From: a virus
Lineage: Duplodnaviria > Caudoviricetes
Reading direction: 5' to 3' (one strand)
Length of the DNA stretch: 31,559 nt
IMG/VR virus record: IMGVR_UViG_3300031848_001226
Coordinates: 1-31,559 of that record
Below the pieces are notes generated by a model. The model was not told the DNA's origin, made no database searches, and was given only the letters and a program-made list of their open reading frames with translations. Positions 1 to 8,113 of this stretch are shown here, piece by piece. Position numbers and translations under genes: made by a program. How positions within the stretch are numbered: the stretch's first letter is position 1; each line of letters begins with the position of its first letter.

Positions 1-1204
1 TAACAGCAGATTCCACATGCATATTCTCATATTCTAGATCTTGGTACAATCCATTACATACAACAGTACCTTGATCGTTTGATTCAATAACTACATATGC
101 CTGATTGTAGGAAACTGCCCATTTATAAATAATATCGGGGAAGAGTAATGGAGAGATAGTATTGTTGCGATACACAGCCACCTGTTTAAATGGGCGCAAG
201 CTAATGTCGATCACATTGAACGTAGAATAGTCCTGACCTCTTCCCTTGCTGACGTCACATAACATAATATATTCGTTACCTTTAATAGGTTCTTCGTATA
301 TTAAAAGATCTCCACTTTCACGGTGCAGTTTATAGTTTTCAGCTCTAAGCTTAAGTAATGTTTCGCCGTTAATAAGTGTATCACCTGTGCCAAAAAATGT
401 ATTACCAAATTCTTGGTCAAATTGCAGTTGAGATGTATTACCAATTGTTTCTTCTTGCCAAGCCTTGTCTCGACCAGGAACATCCCACCAATCAACCCTC
501 ATAGGTTTAAAATCGCTTACACCTTGAAGCGCTGATTCCCATATCTTATGAAATACATTACCAATACCATTAGCAGTTGATGTAATAATAACTTTAGTAC
601 TTTTACCAGAAGAAACAACAGGATAGGTTGATGTATAAAACTGAGCATCATTTTCAACAAAAGCAAACTCGTCAAGATATAGCAGCGAGACTGACAGACC
701 ACGAATTGAAGAACCGGATGTTGCTGCAGCAATTATCCGAGAATTATTTGAAAATTCGATTGAACCTTTATTCAGAGCCTTACACCCAGGCTGTAAGAAG
801 AAAGGTAGATTTTCTAGCATAAGAGTAATACGACCTAACATCTCACGGGCGGTCGCACCCTTATTTGCCATAACAGCAATAACCTTTTCAGAATGGAATA
901 ATGCATACCAAAGTAGATACGCAACCGCACTGATTGACTTTCCAGATTGTCTACATGCAAGAACGATATTAAATCTATTCTCGTCAAACTGCTTAAACAT
1001 TTGTTCTTGATAAGGATACAGGTTAAAAGGCACTAGACCATCGTCCAGTGATATAACCTTACAATATGTGGTTGTAAAATAAGCTGGATTCTTCATGCAT
1101 TTAGCATATTCTGCTATTTGCTCGTTAGTCCATTGTTGAACGATTCCGTCTCGTTTAACATTTACATTGCCAAGATACGTGTCACTCTTTGGTTGGAGAT
1201 ACAT
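1..1204 (-). CDS. gp17: Terminase large subunit (T4 gp17-like), 3'-truncated by the window edge
   Basis: Not in the ORF track because it has no stop in the window. Hand translation from ATG 1204 is open for 401 codons: MYLQPKSDTYLGNVNVKRDG...LYPYQ (adenine-binding), ACRQSGKS (Walker A), LLYLDEFAF (Walker B), ITSTANG (motif III), CDVSKGRGQDYS (nuclease). Follows gp16. Confidence 0.96.
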   Translation of the reverse strand, partial: MYLQPKSDTYLGNVNVKRDGIVQQWTNEQIAEYAKCMKNPAYFTTTYCKVISLDDGLVPFNLYPYQEQMFKQFDENRFNIVLACRQSGKSISAVAYLLWYALFHSEKVIAVMANKGATAREMLGRITLMLENLPFFLQPGCKALNKGSIEFSNNSRIIAAATSGSSIRGLSVSLLYLDEFAFVENDAQFYTSTYPVVSSGKSTKVIITSTANGIGNVFHKIWESALQGVSDFKPMRVDWWDVPGRDKAWQEETIGNTSQLQFDQEFGNTFFGTGDTLINGETLLKLRAENYKLHRESGDLLIYEEPIKGNEYIMLCDVSKGRGQDYSTFNVIDISLRPFKQVAVYRNNTISPLLFPDIIYKWAVSYNQAYVVIESNDQGTVVCNGLYQDLEYENMHVESAV

Positions 1205-1535
1205 CTATAATTTTCTCATCATTTACTTCTTGTAACATACGTTGCAGTTCAGTAGTTGATCCGACAAACACATTGTTAGTAGTTCCACCCTCAATCGCTA
1301 CAGGTGCTTTATCATTAGTATGAAATTCTTTTTTCTTCTTATGCATATCCATAAGATTACCACTAATGTCTGCCATATTTTTCATCATACCAGATAATAC
1401 TTCAAAGGCTCTAGGATGTTCTGTCGCTTTCGCGACCTCCATCATATCTTCTAATGAAGATCCACCCTTTGATAGTAGATCATGATATGTTTGACGAACC
1501 ATTTCGAAATCGTCATCGGCTTGATTTTTATCCAT
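1182..1535 (-). CDS. gp16: Terminase small subunit (T4 gp16-like)
   Basis: EHPRAFEV and NNVFVGSTTELQ motifs typical of marine T4-like gp16; lies between gp15 and gp17. Confidence 0.92.
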   Translation of the reverse strand: MDKNQADDDFEMVRQTYHDLLSKGGSSLEDMMEVAKATEHPRAFEVLSGMMKNMADISGNLMDMHKKKKEFHTNDKAPVAIEGGTTNNVFVGSTTELQRMLQEVNDEKIIDVSPTKE

Positions 1536-2317
1536 TATGCACTATCTATCTCTTTTATCACTTCAAGGAATCCAAAGTCACTATCAGCACTCACACCGCT
1601 AGGCGTTGGAGTTACAGTAATTGATTCAAGTGGCAAATCGCTATCAAGTAAGCCTGCGCTTCGATTGAAAATATTAGTAATAGACTTAGTAATAATACCA
1701 CTTGTCGATGTTGGTCCATGGAATGTTACATGCATATCAAAATCTAAAGTGTAGATAATTGATCTTCGGCCTTCCATAGGTCCTTCATAGTCGTCATTTA
1801 GGACTACGCCAGTTAAAACAACTGGCACGTCTTCTTTAATATCAGAAAAGTCGTCAAACGGTTTAACTGATAATGTATATTGTGGGTTAAAATACGGAAT
1901 AATTTGCTCAACTAGTTGTAGTGCGTCATCCTGATTTTTTGCATATATGCTAAGTTGAAAGCTCATAATATATGGGCTGCCTGCATAAAATTTTTGTCTA
2001 GAAAGAATTGATCCTGTTACAGCTTTTGCATAGTTATTTACTTTAGGCAATTGCCTTGAAGGATCATAGGATACATTGGTAATTTCAAAAGACATTCTTG
2101 GTAACTTAATAGCTACTTTAGTGTCAGTTTCAAGATCGGCATTTTCTCTAATACGCTCAAGAAATTTGGCTTTAGGCCCATATGATAATGGAACCTTTTG
2201 AGTACTAATCACTCCACCGCCAGCATCTTTTCTTAGAACGTATAGATTGTTAAACATTGCTCCAAATGTTGCAACTGCTTTGCGCGTACGCTGATGATAA
2301 AAATATGTACCAAACAT
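1535..2317 (-). CDS. gp15: Tail sheath stabiliser/completion protein (T4 gp15-like)
   Basis: YFYHQRTRK..FG.MFN, KVPLSYGPK.KFL, LPRMSFEI, QIIPYFNP motifs; gp13-14-15-16-17 synteny. Confidence 0.94.
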   Translation of the reverse strand: MFGTYFYHQRTRKAVATFGAMFNNLYVLRKDAGGGVISTQKVPLSYGPKAKFLERIRENADLETDTKVAIKLPRMSFEITNVSYDPSRQLPKVNNYAKAVTGSILSRQKFYAGSPYIMSFQLSIYAKNQDDALQLVEQIIPYFNPQYTLSVKPFDDFSDIKEDVPVVLTGVVLNDDYEGPMEGRRSIIYTLDFDMHVTFHGPTSTSGIITKSITNIFNRSAGLLDSDLPLESITVTPTPSGVSADSDFGFLEVIKEIDSA

Positions 2318-3195
2318 TAGCTAGGATCTCCAAACGGATTGCTTTCACTGAAGTCTAAGAATCCAGCTCCGACAGTATCGAACGTTGTATTTTGTTCATT
2401 TTCGGATAGCTTATTATCTTCGACAAAGGATGCAAGGGTTCCAACAGCATTAGTGTCATCTCCAGTTACTGTAAGACTTGTAACCGGCAAATGGAACTTA
2501 CCATCGCTTCCACCGAAGTGAATAATTGATAGCGCATTAGTACTTGATACCCAACTTGATACCTCACCTGATAATATAACTCCACCAGCAGTTGTCTGTC
2601 GTACTCTCTCACCAACTTCAAAAGTACCGGTGACTCCTGATAGAGTAAGATCGAATTCATATGCGTGATCTTGTTCAATACCATCGATTGTATTCAAACC
2701 AGTATCAAGATCTTCATCACTATATTCAAACAGTGAACATCTCATTTTAAAAGTAGGTAAATTTGCTAATTGATAAAACGGTGATTCATGTTCAACATGT
2801 GTGATTTCAAACATTGAATTGGTCATAGGAAGATAAATCAAATCACCCTCACGCGGCCGCTCACCTGTTATCTCATTATTATTACGTCCGACAGTGTGGT
2901 TCCATCGTTTCTTTGCAACAGTAAATGTAGCTTCGTCTCTAATCTCGACACCAAACTTACTGAATAGATCGCCTTCACCTTCGAACCCATCACTGTTGTC
3001 AATGTACATTTCTATTTTATAACTATTATTGAATTTTGAAGGAACGTCTTCACCAAAAATTTTATTCTCGTTGACAATAGTTCGAGGCAAATAGTATAGG
3101 TCTTGCCCATACATTTTCAGAGATTCAATAATAATATCTTCGTATAGTCTCTGCTCGGATTTGACCGCGTCAGAGAAATATAAATTTCTGGCCAT
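2317..3195 (-). CDS. gp14: Neck protein (T4 gp14-like)
   Basis: EQRLYEDIIIESLKMYGQD.YYLPR, FSKFG.EIRD, RPREGDLIY, C-terminal DFSESNPFG. Confidence 0.94.
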   Translation of the reverse strand: MARNLYFSDAVKSEQRLYEDIIIESLKMYGQDLYYLPRTIVNENKIFGEDVPSKFNNSYKIEMYIDNSDGFEGEGDLFSKFGVEIRDEATFTVAKKRWNHTVGRNNNEITGERPREGDLIYLPMTNSMFEITHVEHESPFYQLANLPTFKMRCSLFEYSDEDLDTGLNTIDGIEQDHAYEFDLTLSGVTGTFEVGERVRQTTAGGVILSGEVSSWVSSTNALSIIHFGGSDGKFHLPVTSLTVTGDDTNAVGTLASFVEDNKLSENEQNTTFDTVGAGFLDFSESNPFGDPS

Positions 3196-3198
3196 GGT

Positions 3199-3951
3199 TT
3201 AACCTACATAAAATGATGGTGGAAGTTCTTGCTCTAATCTTAAACGCTCTTTAAGCTGTTCAATATCACTTGTGGCATCTTCATATATTTGACGACCGTT
3301 AAGTGATACTCCGCCCGGGAGTACCATACCGTCGAACTTAATAAGGTTTGCTCCCCATTGTTGTTTAATTAGCGCAGTCGTATAATCTTTTATAAACATA
3401 TCATTATATATTGAAGTATGTGTGTCAGGATCTATGGTCTGATAAACCTCAGCTACAATATAATCTCCGGCTTTAATGTCTTTATCCTGAAAGTCGCCGT
3501 GAACATACAACCTATTTTGCCTCCGAGAAAACGTGACTTGAGGAGTTCCGTTAAGCTTCATATCAAGCATCGATAGGTATTGTTGAGTTTGTTCGTAATA
3601 TGCAATTCCACCAACAACCGAATTAAGATCCCACATGTCATTAAGCATTAATTGATATTTGACGTCAAAGAAGTTTCTTGATGCTGATGATGTGGCAACA
3701 GGGAAAAGCCTAGCGATATATATAATATTAGAGCTAATAGGAATATACTCATTAGTCACATCGCTAGTAGTAACTAAGTGCTTAAAATATGTTTTAACTG
3801 TCGCATCTGAATGATATTCTTGATAAAGCTGTATAGCCTCATCAACTCTGTCTTCCAGTTGATCTTCATCTACGTTTATTTCGATAACCGGATCACCTAG
3901 CTTTCGCTTACAGTATTCGATCAATGTGTCTCTACTATTAGGAGAAGCCAT
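3199..3951 (-). CDS. gp13: Neck protein (T4 gp13-like)
   Basis: YCKRKLG.PVIEINV, K.QWG.NL.KF.G..LPGGV.LNG, C-terminal ELPP.FYVG. Confidence 0.94.
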   Translation of the reverse strand: MASPNSRDTLIEYCKRKLGDPVIEINVDEDQLEDRVDEAIQLYQEYHSDATVKTYFKHLVTTSDVTNEYIPISSNIIYIARLFPVATSSASRNFFDVKYQLMLNDMWDLNSVVGGIAYYEQTQQYLSMLDMKLNGTPQVTFSRRQNRLYVHGDFQDKDIKAGDYIVAEVYQTIDPDTHTSIYNDMFIKDYTTALIKQQWGANLIKFDGMVLPGGVSLNGRQIYEDATSDIEQLKERLRLEQELPPSFYVG

Positions 3952-3983
3952 GTTTTATATCCTCAATTCTTCAGTGTTACATC

Positions 3984-3991
3984 TATTTATA
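3984..3991 (-). promoter_or_regulatory. T4-type late promoter TATAAATA upstream of gp13
   Basis: Exact TATAAATA on the minus strand, 32 nt upstream of the gp13 start; GAGG SD-like sequence in between. Confidence 0.85.
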
Positions 3992-3993
3992 CG

Positions 3994-4022
3994 TTTACAA
4001 CAATAGCAAAATGTGGTATAAT
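3994..4022 (+). promoter_or_regulatory. Sigma70-type (T4 early-like) promoter for the hldC-cupin-carbamoyltransferase-hemA operon
   Basis: (G)TTTACA 3994-3999, 17-nt spacer, TGTGG-TATAAT with the -10 at 4017-4022; ATG at 4028. Confidence 0.8.
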
Positions 4023-4027
4023 CAATT

Positions 4028-4429
4028 ATGAAAACAGTATTTACAAACGGGTGCTTCGATATTTTGCATCGAGGCCACTTAGATTACCTAGAAAGATCAA
4101 GAAATCTAGGTGATAGATTAATAGTTGGTATAAATTCTGATGAGTCTATACGAAGGCTTAAAGGTAATTCAAGGCCAATTAATAATGAAGAAGACAGAAG
4201 ATATATGCTGCAATCATTGCGGTTTGTAGATCACGTATACATATTCTATGAAGACACTCCGTATGAACTAATTAAACGATTAAAACCAGACGTACTCACT
4301 AAGGGCGGTGATTACCAAATTGACCAGATTGTAGGAAGAGACATAGCAAAATTAACTGTCTCACTAAAATTACGTAATGGTTATTCTACTACTAATATTA
4401 TTAAAAGGATTTGCAATGGCACGGCTTGA
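4028..4429 (+). CDS. hldC: Heptose-1-phosphate nucleotidyltransferase (RfaE domain II / HldC)
   Basis: VFTNGCFDILHRGH (HxGH), GINSDES.RRLKG..RPIN, KGGDY, LRNGYSTT. Confidence 0.92.
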   Translation: MKTVFTNGCFDILHRGHLDYLERSRNLGDRLIVGINSDESIRRLKGNSRPINNEEDRRYMLQSLRFVDHVYIFYEDTPYELIKRLKPDVLTKGGDYQIDQIVGRDIAKLTVSLKLRNGYSTTNIIKRICNGTA

Positions 4430-4775
4430 AGGAATGGTAGAAAAGGGCTGGGGCCATGAACTTATTTTTGCTACTAACGATAAGTATTGTGGTAAGCTTT
4501 TAAACTTTAATAAGGGTGCTAAATTCTCTATGCATTTTCATGCAATAAAGGATGAGACTTGGTTAGTGTTTGAAGGTCTATTTGATGTTTTAACTATAAA
4601 CACCGCTGATGCATCTGTTAAAAAACAAAGATTAAAGGCCGGAGATTCACTTAGAATTGAGCCATTAGTGCCACATCAATTATTTTGCATTGAAGAAGGT
4701 ACTATAATTGAAGTGTCCTCGCCAGACTCAGTTGAAGATAACTATAGAGTTGCTAAAGGCGACAGCCAAAAATGA
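4416..4775 (+). CDS. Cupin-domain protein (mannose-6-phosphate isomerase / ketol-isomerase-like)
   Basis: Start revised to ATG 4416 (AAGGA upstream). VEKGWGHE, SMHFH..KDETW and P.VPHQL cupin metal motifs; IEVS.PD..ED.YR. Confidence 0.8.
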   Translation: MARLEGMVEKGWGHELIFATNDKYCGKLLNFNKGAKFSMHFHAIKDETWLVFEGLFDVLTINTADASVKKQRLKAGDSLRIEPLVPHQLFCIEEGTIIEVSSPDSVEDNYRVAKGDSQK

Positions 4776-5650
4776 TAATATGGGGTATGGTAGGAGGTTG
4801 TCATGATGCTACAATTTCAATCTTTAAAGATAACACATGTGTTAAGACATACTATTCAACTGAAAACAGGCATAGCCAAAATTTAATAGATAAAGCTTTT
4901 AAGTATGGCAAACCAGACTTAGTTGTATGGTACGAAAAACCTTGGGCTAAGGCAATACGCCAATGGTTAGTTGGTCAGCCTAAACCATTTAAGCGTAATA
5001 ACATCCGCAAGTATTTGCGGGGCCTAGGAATAACCTGTAAATATAGAAGCGTGTGGCATCATGAATCTCACGCAGCTCATTACTATAAGACTGATAAAAC
5101 TCCTAGCGTAATAGTTGTCATAGATGCAATCGGTGAATTTAGTTGTACGTCTATATGGACAACTAAGAATGGTAAGCTTACACAAAGAAAATCAATTAAA
5201 TATCCTAATAGCCTAGGTCTATTTTATTCTTCTATGACTCAAAGATGCGGATTTGAACCGTCAGCCGATGAAAGTAAATTAGAAAAGTTCGGCAAGGGAT
5301 ATGCCACAGATTTAGTAATACATAACATATATAAGGATTTCTTGGTTCAACAGACAATAGAGCCATTATTTAAAATTAATATGCATAAAGGCATAGGCAA
5401 TTGGAAACCATCTTATAGCAAAAAAGAAATTGCTGGTTCAACACAAGTTGTATTTGAAAATCTGTGCCGTAATTTAATAGAATACGCAATAAGCAAATAC
5501 AACAGACCACAATTAATTGTTACAGGTGGATGTGCATTTAATAAGGGTTTACAAAAAATATTACATAAAGAATATAATGCATATATTCCAGAAAATCCAG
5601 GAGACGCCGGATCTGCAGAAACTGCAGTATTAGCGTATTTAAATAGATGA
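4772..5650 (+). CDS. Carbamoyltransferase N-terminal (Kae1-like) domain only, NodU/CmcH family
   Basis: HDA, WYEKP, HHESHAA, DAIGE, YPNSLGLFYS..TQ.CGF.P..DE.K, GGCAFN, PGDAGS. Ends before any YrdC-like domain. Confidence 0.82.
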   Translation: MIIWGMVGGCHDATISIFKDNTCVKTYYSTENRHSQNLIDKAFKYGKPDLVVWYEKPWAKAIRQWLVGQPKPFKRNNIRKYLRGLGITCKYRSVWHHESHAAHYYKTDKTPSVIVVIDAIGEFSCTSIWTTKNGKLTQRKSIKYPNSLGLFYSSMTQRCGFEPSADESKLEKFGKGYATDLVIHNIYKDFLVQQTIEPLFKINMHKGIGNWKPSYSKKEIAGSTQVVFENLCRNLIEYAISKYNRPQLIVTGGCAFNKGLQKILHKEYNAYIPENPGDAGSAETAVLAYLNR

Positions 5651-6852
5651 TTGATATTACTCCATTCTCTAACACGATAAGCAAAGCTAAAGAAGAAGGA
5701 AAATACCGAGTGTTCAACGATATTATTCGTGAACGAGGTAAGTTCCCTAAAGCAATTTGGTATGGCAAATACGCCATTAAAGAAATAGTTAATTGGTGTA
5801 GTAATGACTATTTAGGTATGGGTCAACACAAAGTCGTGATTGATGCTATGCATACAGCTCTAGACCAAACAGGAGCGGGCTCAGGCGGCACTAGAAATAT
5901 ATCTGGTACTTCACACTACCATGTAGCACTAGAACATGAGATAGCTAAGCTACATAAAAAAGAATCAGCATTACTATTCTCAAGTGCGTTTGTGGCAAAT
6001 GAATGGGCACTGATAGCGATGTCTCGCATCAATAAGAATATATGTTGGGTAAGTGATAGCAAAAATCATGCAAGTCTTATTCAAGGTATGAGACACAGTA
6101 GACGCGAGATCTTTAAGTTTGAGCATAATAATTTAATGGATCTTGATATTAAATTAGAAGAGGCCACGCTAGCCGGATTTGTTCCATGTGTTGTCTTTGA
6201 ATCAATCTATAGTATGGACGGAGATATTTCAGATATTGATGCTATATGTGATTTAGCTGAAAAGTATGAAGCTATAACATATATCGATGAAGTACATGGT
6301 GTTGGTTTATATGGTGATAGTGCGGCAGGCAAGCTTGATGAGCTTGGTTTAGAAGACCGAGTTGATATTGTCAATGGTACTTTAGGCAAAGCTTATGGTG
6401 TAACCGGTGGTTATATTGCTGGTAATAAAACTATTATCGATGCTATAAGGTTAGAAGCAAGTGGTTTTATTTTCACTACAAGTATTTCACCAGTTATATG
6501 TGCCGGTGCATTGGCTAGTATTAAATATCTTAAAGATCATCCTGGCCTCAGAGTCCAACATCAAGCCAATGCGAAATCATTGAAGCAAGAATTTATAGCA
6601 AGAGGAATAGAGGTATTAGAAAAAGCTTGTACCCATATTGTACCTGTTATGATACGTGATGCCGAACTAGCAAAGGCTATATCAGATAGATTACTAAATG
6701 AACATGGCATTTACGTTCAAGCTATTAACTATCCAACAGTTGCTGTCGGAGAAGAGCGATTGAGATTTGCACCAACACCACTTCATACAAATGCTATGAT
6801 AGAAGAATGTGTTGATGCATTAGAAGAATCAATTAACTATTTCAGGAAATAG
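5647..6852 (+). CDS. hemA: 5-aminolevulinate synthase (PLP-dependent, C4 pathway)
   Basis: WCSNDYLGMG, GAGSGGTRNISGT, NHAS.I.G, FES.YSMDGD, DEVH.VGLYG, GTLGKA.G (PLP Lys), INYPTV..G.ERLR..PTP.H. Confidence 0.96.
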   Translation: MIDITPFSNTISKAKEEGKYRVFNDIIRERGKFPKAIWYGKYAIKEIVNWCSNDYLGMGQHKVVIDAMHTALDQTGAGSGGTRNISGTSHYHVALEHEIAKLHKKESALLFSSAFVANEWALIAMSRINKNICWVSDSKNHASLIQGMRHSRREIFKFEHNNLMDLDIKLEEATLAGFVPCVVFESIYSMDGDISDIDAICDLAEKYEAITYIDEVHGVGLYGDSAAGKLDELGLEDRVDIVNGTLGKAYGVTGGYIAGNKTIIDAIRLEASGFIFTTSISPVICAGALASIKYLKDHPGLRVQHQANAKSLKQEFIARGIEVLEKACTHIVPVMIRDAELAKAISDRLLNEHGIYVQAINYPTVAVGEERLRFAPTPLHTNAMIEECVDALEESINYFRK

Positions 6853-7482
6853 ACATTCGTCAATATATTCCCGCACGCGTTTAGGATCTACGCCTAAAGT
6901 CTCCATCACCCTTGGTGTATGGGGATTTTTCTTTTGGTTTTCACAGTACCAATTGTGTTTACATGTATAATCTTTATCACTTTCTTCACCAATAGCAGTC
7001 AGATAATATTCTAGATTACTTATGGCTAATTCTAGAATGTCGTCTAATTCTTGTCCGTCTCTAACATTACCGGCTGATACCATAGAATCGCTGAATATAT
7101 TTCTTGCCCACTCAGGTAATTCTCTGCGTTTTGATGGAATAAAAGGTTTTACATTCTCTTTGAACTGTGTTAATATAGGGTTATCAAATGCTACTGGACT
7201 GAAATCATGAAAGGCACCAGTAACTTTGTTAGGACCAGCAATTATATCGAAGCCGTAAATAGGTGACGGATCGTTAACTTTCGGATATATGCATAGATGC
7301 ATCATCCACAGCTTACGATCGAGCCTCGCATCAATGATGTCTAGGTCGGCTCTACGATATACCGCAGGATTCTTATAAGTGATTGCTGGCCAGTCAAAAG
7401 GATGTTGAGAGTTGCTAACAGAGTTAGCTTCTAATATTCTCTGCATCCTTTTACTGGCGGCAATTAATTTATCAAAGACCAA
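6829..7482 (-). CDS. pcyX: Ferredoxin-dependent bilin reductase, PcyX/PcyA type
   Basis: Probable TTG start at 7482 after GGAG. LWMMHLCIYP...PIYGFDIIAG.NKVTGAFHDFSP has a His/Asp pair 17 residues apart, as in PcyA H88/D105; also RELPEWA..IFS and YCENQKKNPHT. Immediately downstream of the heme oxygenase. Confidence 0.88.
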   Translation of the reverse strand: MVFDKLIAASKRMQRILEANSVSNSQHPFDWPAITYKNPAVYRRADLDIIDARLDRKLWMMHLCIYPKVNDPSPIYGFDIIAGPNKVTGAFHDFSPVAFDNPILTQFKENVKPFIPSKRRELPEWARNIFSDSMVSAGNVRDGQELDDILELAISNLEYYLTAIGEESDKDYTCKHNWYCENQKKNPHTPRVMETLGVDPKRVREYIDECLFPEIVN

Positions 7483-8071
7483 AACGTTTCTCCAAATCAG
7501 AGAATAATCGCATAGCATATTCGAAGCATAAAACAGCGTCATCGCCCATAGACTTATCTAATAGAGTTCTAAATTCTTTTATAAGCTCCGGACGATTTTC
7601 AAACATATATGTGCTTTGACATACTTCAGGAGATTCTTCCCATATTCCAACGCCGGTTACGGGGTCAACCCAGGCTTCACAATATGGTTCTGGTAGTTTT
7701 TTTCTAATGATCTGGCCACCGTACATATCACCAAAGTGCCTAACGTACATATGTGCAGTAATTTCGTCTAATGATTGGTGTGATATATAGTCTATATACT
7801 CTAGTGTAGTAGGTTCTAAACCAACATCATGTTCGTAAAAGGCTAAATCTCCGCTCATTGCAAGTGTGCGTTTCATATCATCAAAAAGAGGATACTTTGT
7901 GAAAAAATCTAATTCAAAAGCTCGATTTTCTAATGCAGAATAAATTTGCAATTGATTATAAAGATATTGGCCATATTGTTTACTTGTAATATTACCGGAA
8001 ACTAATAATTTAGACCACTTCATTTCTTCTGCTTCTTTATGTATTGAAGCAGTTAACAGTTTTAAAGACAT
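7472..8071 (-). CDS. hemO: Heme oxygenase (biliverdin-producing)
   Basis: Start revised to ATG 8071 (GGAG upstream). LK..T...HKEAE (proximal His), Y..LE, AHMYVRHFGDMYGGQII distal helix. Confidence 0.92.
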   Translation of the reverse strand: MSLKLLTASIHKEAEEMKWSKLLVSGNITSKQYGQYLYNQLQIYSALENRAFELDFFTKYPLFDDMKRTLAMSGDLAFYEHDVGLEPTTLEYIDYISHQSLDEITAHMYVRHFGDMYGGQIIRKKLPEPYCEAWVDPVTGVGIWEESPEVCQSTYMFENRPELIKEFRTLLDKSMGDDAVLCFEYAMRLFSDLEKRFGL

Positions 8072-8103
8072 AAATAACTCCATAATGTTATGCAATAGAT
8101 TGG

Positions 8104-8111
8104 TATTTATA
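8104..8111 (-). promoter_or_regulatory. T4-type late promoter TATAAATA upstream of hemO-pcyX
   Basis: Exact TATAAATA on the minus strand, 32 nt upstream of the hemO ATG, the same spacing as at gp13. Confidence 0.75.
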
Positions 8112-8113
8112 CT

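Noticed and set aside
124-131. Plus-strand TATAAATA inside gp17
   Set aside because: Antisense, within coding sequence and with no plausible downstream gene; expected by chance in AT-rich DNA.
1-1204. Possible intron, frameshift or split in gp17, since the ORF track shows only short ORFs here
   Set aside because: Hand translation gives one continuous frame from 1204 to the window edge; the short track ORFs are shadow frames.
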